Position numbers and translations under genes: made by a program
In this document: piece by piece, positions 60,496 to 64,000 of the stretch
Layout of the letters: every line of letters begins with the position of its first letter
Position numbering within the stretch: position 1 is the first letter of the stretch
NCBI GenBank assembly: GCA_018657065.1
Contig: JABHXU010000001.1
Coordinates: 4,703 to 68,702 of the forward strand
Source of the DNA: an archaeon
GTDB lineage: Archaea; Nanobdellota; Nanobdellia; Woesearchaeales; GW2011-AR15
DNA: 64,000 bases
Direction: 5' to 3'
The notes under the pieces: generated by a model
What the model was told of the DNA's origin: nothing
What the model saw: only the letters and a program-made list of their open reading frames with translations
Databases searched by the model: none

Positions 60496-61674
60496 TCAAT
60501 ATCTATTTTTTCTAGCTTTTTTTATTTTTCCAATTAAAATTAGGATTACAAGACCAATTATTAAATACAATATAATCAAAAGCATCCAACTAATACTTAA
60601 ACCTGTACTTTTGGCCGTTACAATTTTACTATGTTCTTCAAATGTTAATTTATTATTGTATAAAACTCTCCCAGCTATTTGGTATGTACCTGTTTTTTTA
60701 GGAGTATAAAAAAGTCTCCATGTTACAGTTTCTCCAGAATTAACTTCAAGTTCTTCAGATTCAAGCACTTGTTCAATTTTATCAGTTTTTAAATTTCTAA
60801 CTTCACCTTTAAATTTAGCAAATACTTTTCTTTGGCCTTGATTTCTAAATATAGGTTCAATAGCCATAGGTTCTTTAGTTTTAACAATATCATTAGATCT
60901 AATTCCAACAAGAACACCACTATCAGAAATTTGCCCTCTTTCTAAAATATCAAATGTTGTTAGTTTTGAGATTCCACATTCTTCCAAATATATTTTAGCA
61001 AAATATTGGCCAATAGGAAGATTATGTTCAACTTCATGAACAATTCCTTTGTCTCTAGTTGGAAGAATTTGAGAACCAAAAAATGTGTTTGTAAAAACAA
61101 TTTGTGATTGATATTGGTCATAAACATCTACTTGAATTTTAGGTCTAAGTCTTACATTTCCATCATTTTTAACTGCAGCTTTAACAATAAAAGGATCATT
61201 TATTTCAGCACTTGAAAGAGTAATAGCTCCAGCTCTACATTCCACAATTTCGTCTCCAGTAACTTCGACATATATTAAAAGAGCAACTTGAGCAATAACT
61301 GAAGAACCTGCACCCTTTTCTACTGAAGCAAGTTCATCTGTTGTAATTTTTAAAATTCCAGTATAATTTCCACTAGGCGTATCTAGTGGAGGTTGCATAA
61401 TTAATCTAAATGAAAATGGTTTTTCTCTAGAAAAAACAAATTCATCTCCTTCTGGAGAAAAAGTCATCCATTCTGAAACATCTCCTTCTTTAGTAAAATG
61501 GGCTCTTAATGGTTGTTCAAAAGAAGTACTTGCGGTTATAGTTGCTTCAGCATATCCACCTTTAAGCATTTCATTATATCTAACAATAGAAGGAGATACG
61601 CCTACTACAGCAGCTTTTGTAGTTGAAACTAAGATTAAAACTAAAAAAACAATAAAAATTGGATTTTTCCTCAA
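60496..61674 (-). CDS. Cell-surface protein (signal peptide plus C-terminal TM anchor with a KKARKNRY stop-transfer)
   Basis: N-terminal signal MRKNPIFIVFLVLILVSTTKA and C-terminal TM LLIILYLIIGLVILILIG. Confidence 0.35.
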   Translation of the reverse strand: MRKNPIFIVFLVLILVSTTKAAVVGVSPSIVRYNEMLKGGYAEATITASTSFEQPLRAHFTKEGDVSEWMTFSPEGDEFVFSREKPFSFRLIMQPPLDTPSGNYTGILKITTDELASVEKGAGSSVIAQVALLIYVEVTGDEIVECRAGAITLSSAEINDPFIVKAAVKNDGNVRLRPKIQVDVYDQYQSQIVFTNTFFGSQILPTRDKGIVHEVEHNLPIGQYFAKIYLEECGISKLTTFDILERGQISDSGVLVGIRSNDIVKTKEPMAIEPIFRNQGQRKVFAKFKGEVRNLKTDKIEQVLESEELEVNSGETVTWRLFYTPKKTGTYQIAGRVLYNNKLTFEEHSKIVTAKSTGLSISWMLLIILYLIIGLVILILIGKIKKARKNRY

Positions 61675-61757
61675 TTTATCCCTCTATATTACCAATATTC
61701 TTTGATTTTATAAAAATTGCGGAACTTTTATAAAAACTTCTTGATTTTCTTTGTTCT

Positions 61758-63119
61758 ATGGTCCTTGAAAAGTTAGGAAGTTCGTTAAAAGCAGCTTTAG
61801 AAAAAATAGCAGGTAGTGTTTTTGTAGATGAGAAACTAATTAATGAGTTAGTTAAGGAACTTCAAAGAGCGCTTTTACAATCAGATGTGAATGTAAAATT
61901 AGTGTTTGATCTTTCTAATAAGATTAAAAAAAGAGCATTAGAAGAAAAAGCACCTTCTGGAATTACAAAAAAAGAGCATATTATTAATATTTTATATGAA
62001 GAATTAGTTGAATTTTTAGGTGGTGAAGGATATAAAATTGATGTTAACAAAAAACCATTTAAAATAATGCTTGTAGGTTTATTTGGATCAGGTAAAACAA
62101 CTACCGCAGGAAAATTAGGTAAATTTTTTCAAAAAAGAGCTAGCAAAATAGCATTAATCCAATTAGATGTATGGAGACCTGCTGCTTTTACTCAACTTCA
62201 GCAACTGGGAAAACAAATTAATGTTCCAGTTTTTGGAGACCCTAAAGAAAAAAACCCTGCAAAAATTTACAAAAAGTTTGAAAAAGAATTAAATGAATTT
62301 GATTTAGTTATTGTAGACACTGCTGGAAGAGACGCTCTTTCTGATGAATTAGTTGAAGAATTAAATAACATAAATAAGATTGTAAAAGCAGATGAAAGAC
62401 TACTTGTTATTAGTGGAGATATTGGACAAGCAGCAGAGAATCAAGCAAAAATGTTCCATGAAACAGTTGATGTAACTGGAGTCATTGTTACAAAAATGGA
62501 AGGGACAGCTAAAGGAGGAGGAGCTTTAAGTGCTTGCGCAGTAACTTCTGCACCTGTAAAGTTTATAGGTATAGGAGAAAAAATTAATGATTTTGAAGAA
62601 TTTAATCCAACAGGATTTGTTTCTAGACTTTTAGGGATGGGAGATATAGAAGCTTTACTTGAAAAAGCTAAAGATGCAATGACTGAAGAAGATGCTCAAG
62701 ATATGGGTAAAAAATTTCTCAAAGGTGAATTTAATATGATTGACCTTTATGAACAAATGCAAGCTATGAAAAAAATGGGTCCTTTGTCAAAAATAGCTGA
62801 ATTAATTCCAGGAATGGGTCAAATTAAAATGCCTAAAGAAGCTCTAGATGTTCAACAAGAAAAACTTGAAAACTGGAAATTTATTATGGATTCTTGTAGC
62901 AAAGAAGAACTAGAAAATCCTGAAATAATTTCTGGAAATAGAATGGAAAGAATAGCAAAAGGATCTGGTAGAAGTGTTAAAGAAGTAAGAGAACTTGTTA
63001 AACAATATAAACAAGCAAAAAAAATGATTAAAATGTTCTCAGGCGGTTCAGGTGGAAACATGAAAAACATGGAAAAAATGATGAAGCGAATGGGCGGCAT
63101 GAAAGGAATGAAATTCTAA
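61758..63119 (+). CDS. srp54: Signal recognition particle protein SRP54
   Basis: N, G (GLFGSGKTTT, DTAGR, TKMEG) and Met/Gly-rich M domains. Confidence 0.9.
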   Translation: MVLEKLGSSLKAALEKIAGSVFVDEKLINELVKELQRALLQSDVNVKLVFDLSNKIKKRALEEKAPSGITKKEHIINILYEELVEFLGGEGYKIDVNKKPFKIMLVGLFGSGKTTTAGKLGKFFQKRASKIALIQLDVWRPAAFTQLQQLGKQINVPVFGDPKEKNPAKIYKKFEKELNEFDLVIVDTAGRDALSDELVEELNNINKIVKADERLLVISGDIGQAAENQAKMFHETVDVTGVIVTKMEGTAKGGGALSACAVTSAPVKFIGIGEKINDFEEFNPTGFVSRLLGMGDIEALLEKAKDAMTEEDAQDMGKKFLKGEFNMIDLYEQMQAMKKMGPLSKIAELIPGMGQIKMPKEALDVQQEKLENWKFIMDSCSKEELENPEIISGNRMERIAKGSGRSVKEVRELVKQYKQAKKMIKMFSGGSGGNMKNMEKMMKRMGGMKGMKF

Positions 63120-63165
63120 CTTTTTTTGGAAAAATATATATACTAAATTTTCGTAGTTTAATTTA

Positions 63166-63723
63166 ATGAAAGAATTTCTAAAACCAAATTGGAAAAAGTT
63201 TCTTTTGCCTATTTTTTTAATAGTTTGTTTTTTTGTATTAGTAAAATATTATTTTTATTATGCAATAATTGTAGACGAACATACACCTACACTAATAAAT
63301 TTTATAGATGAGATTGAAGAATATAGAAAATTAAATGATTCAAGATCAATGAATAAAACAGGAAAAAATATTGAAAATTATGTAACACAAAATAAAATTA
63401 AAGAAAAATTTTCCAAACTTCAAGATATTGAATTTCTAGCGGTTTTTTTACCAATGATTAATCCATTTATGCCTCAACCATGCGAATTTAGGTTTTCAAC
63501 TTTTTGTAAATATTATATTGATGAAACAACATATAATTTAATTGAATCAAGAGGTTCTTTTGCAGGCGCATCATTATTTGATTATGAAAAAAAAGAATAT
63601 GTTCAAATATCTTATTTTGATATTTTTTTTAATACAATTATTTTATTTGCTGAAGGATATTTATTTTCTTGTTTAGTGATACACATACTTCATTTTTTTA
63701 AAAAACCTAGAAATAATGTTTGA
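63166..63723 (+). CDS. Hypothetical membrane-anchored protein
   Basis: Single N-terminal TM segment. Confidence 0.3.
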   Translation: MKEFLKPNWKKFLLPIFLIVCFFVLVKYYFYYAIIVDEHTPTLINFIDEIEEYRKLNDSRSMNKTGKNIENYVTQNKIKEKFSKLQDIEFLAVFLPMINPFMPQPCEFRFSTFCKYYIDETTYNLIESRGSFAGASLFDYEKKEYVQISYFDIFFNTIILFAEGYLFSCLVIHILHFFKKPRNNV

Positions 63724-64000
63724 TTAGATTAAATTTCTAATTCTATTTACAAATTCATTAAAATCTTCTTTAGGAACATTGCATCCACATGCATGTTCAT
63801 GTCCTCCACCATAGCCATTAATACCTTCAAGAGCTTTTTTTAAAGCTGGAAGAACACTATACTTGGAAGATCTAAGTGAACATTTCATTTGTCCATTATT
63901 TTCTCTGCAAATAATAATAAATTTTTCAGGATATTTGTATAGAATTTCATTGCTTAAATCAGAAGTTAAAGAAGTTTTGTTTTCACAATAAGTATGTACA
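63724..64000 (-). CDS. Hypothetical protein, C-terminal fragment (5' end lies beyond the window edge)
   Basis: Hand translation of the minus strand gives an open frame ending ...GYGGGHEHACGCNVPKEDFNEFVNRIRNLI-stop. Not in the ORF track because it is truncated. Confidence 0.3.
   Translation of the reverse strand, partial: VHTYCENKTSLTSDLSNEILYKYPEKFIIICRENNGQMKCSLRSSKYSVLPALKKALEGINGYGGGHEHACGCNVPKEDFNEFVNRIRNLI

Overview
This window is AT-rich (about 30% GC by eye) and carries archaeal housekeeping genes, most likely from a small-genome DPANN-type archaeon. Hallmark genes include aIF-1A, TFE, EF-1alpha, EF-2, ribosomal proteins L7Ae, S28e, L24e, L31e, L39e, S19e, S10 and L41e, Cbf5, archease, SRP54, a split rpoB''/rpoB', rpoA'/rpoA'' and rpoH. 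The window holds one rRNA operon (16S, tRNA-Ala, 23S, no 5S) and eight tRNA genes: iMet, Glu, Ala, Lys-CTT, Ser-GGA, Asp, Lys-TTT, plus fragments. Other identifiable genes include enolase, SMC, ArgRS, NDK, UMP kinase, a Ca-type P-type ATPase, SPFH, two Nudix hydrolases, parvulin, flavodoxin, MazG, and a sugar-nucleotide cluster (aldolase, RHH-nucleotidyltransferase, phosphomannomutase). No CRISPR array, integrase, transposase or recognisable defence system was seen. The most unusual content is RNA-level. First, a tRNA-Ala in the 16S-23S spacer has a non-canonical intron in the T-loop. Second, a tRNA-Lys(CTT) with a canonical intron is flanked by duplicated copies of its own 5' and 3' termini. 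Third, tRNA-Ser and tRNA-iMet each have a 16-20 nt copy of one terminus 70-150 nt away, and a hairpin next to tRNA-Ser is related to the tRNA-Lys intron, which together suggest mobile tRNA-intron or att-like elements. On the protein side, the window has bacterial-type genes in an archaeal background (lspA, a long RelA/SpoT homologue, an HPF-like protein), two ribosomal-protein genes missing from the ORF track (L41e upstream of 16S, L39e), and several uncharacterised genes. These include a 566-aa wHTH protein, a Cys-rich pilin-like secreted protein, and a histidine-phosphatase/HD fusion with a tandem paralogue.
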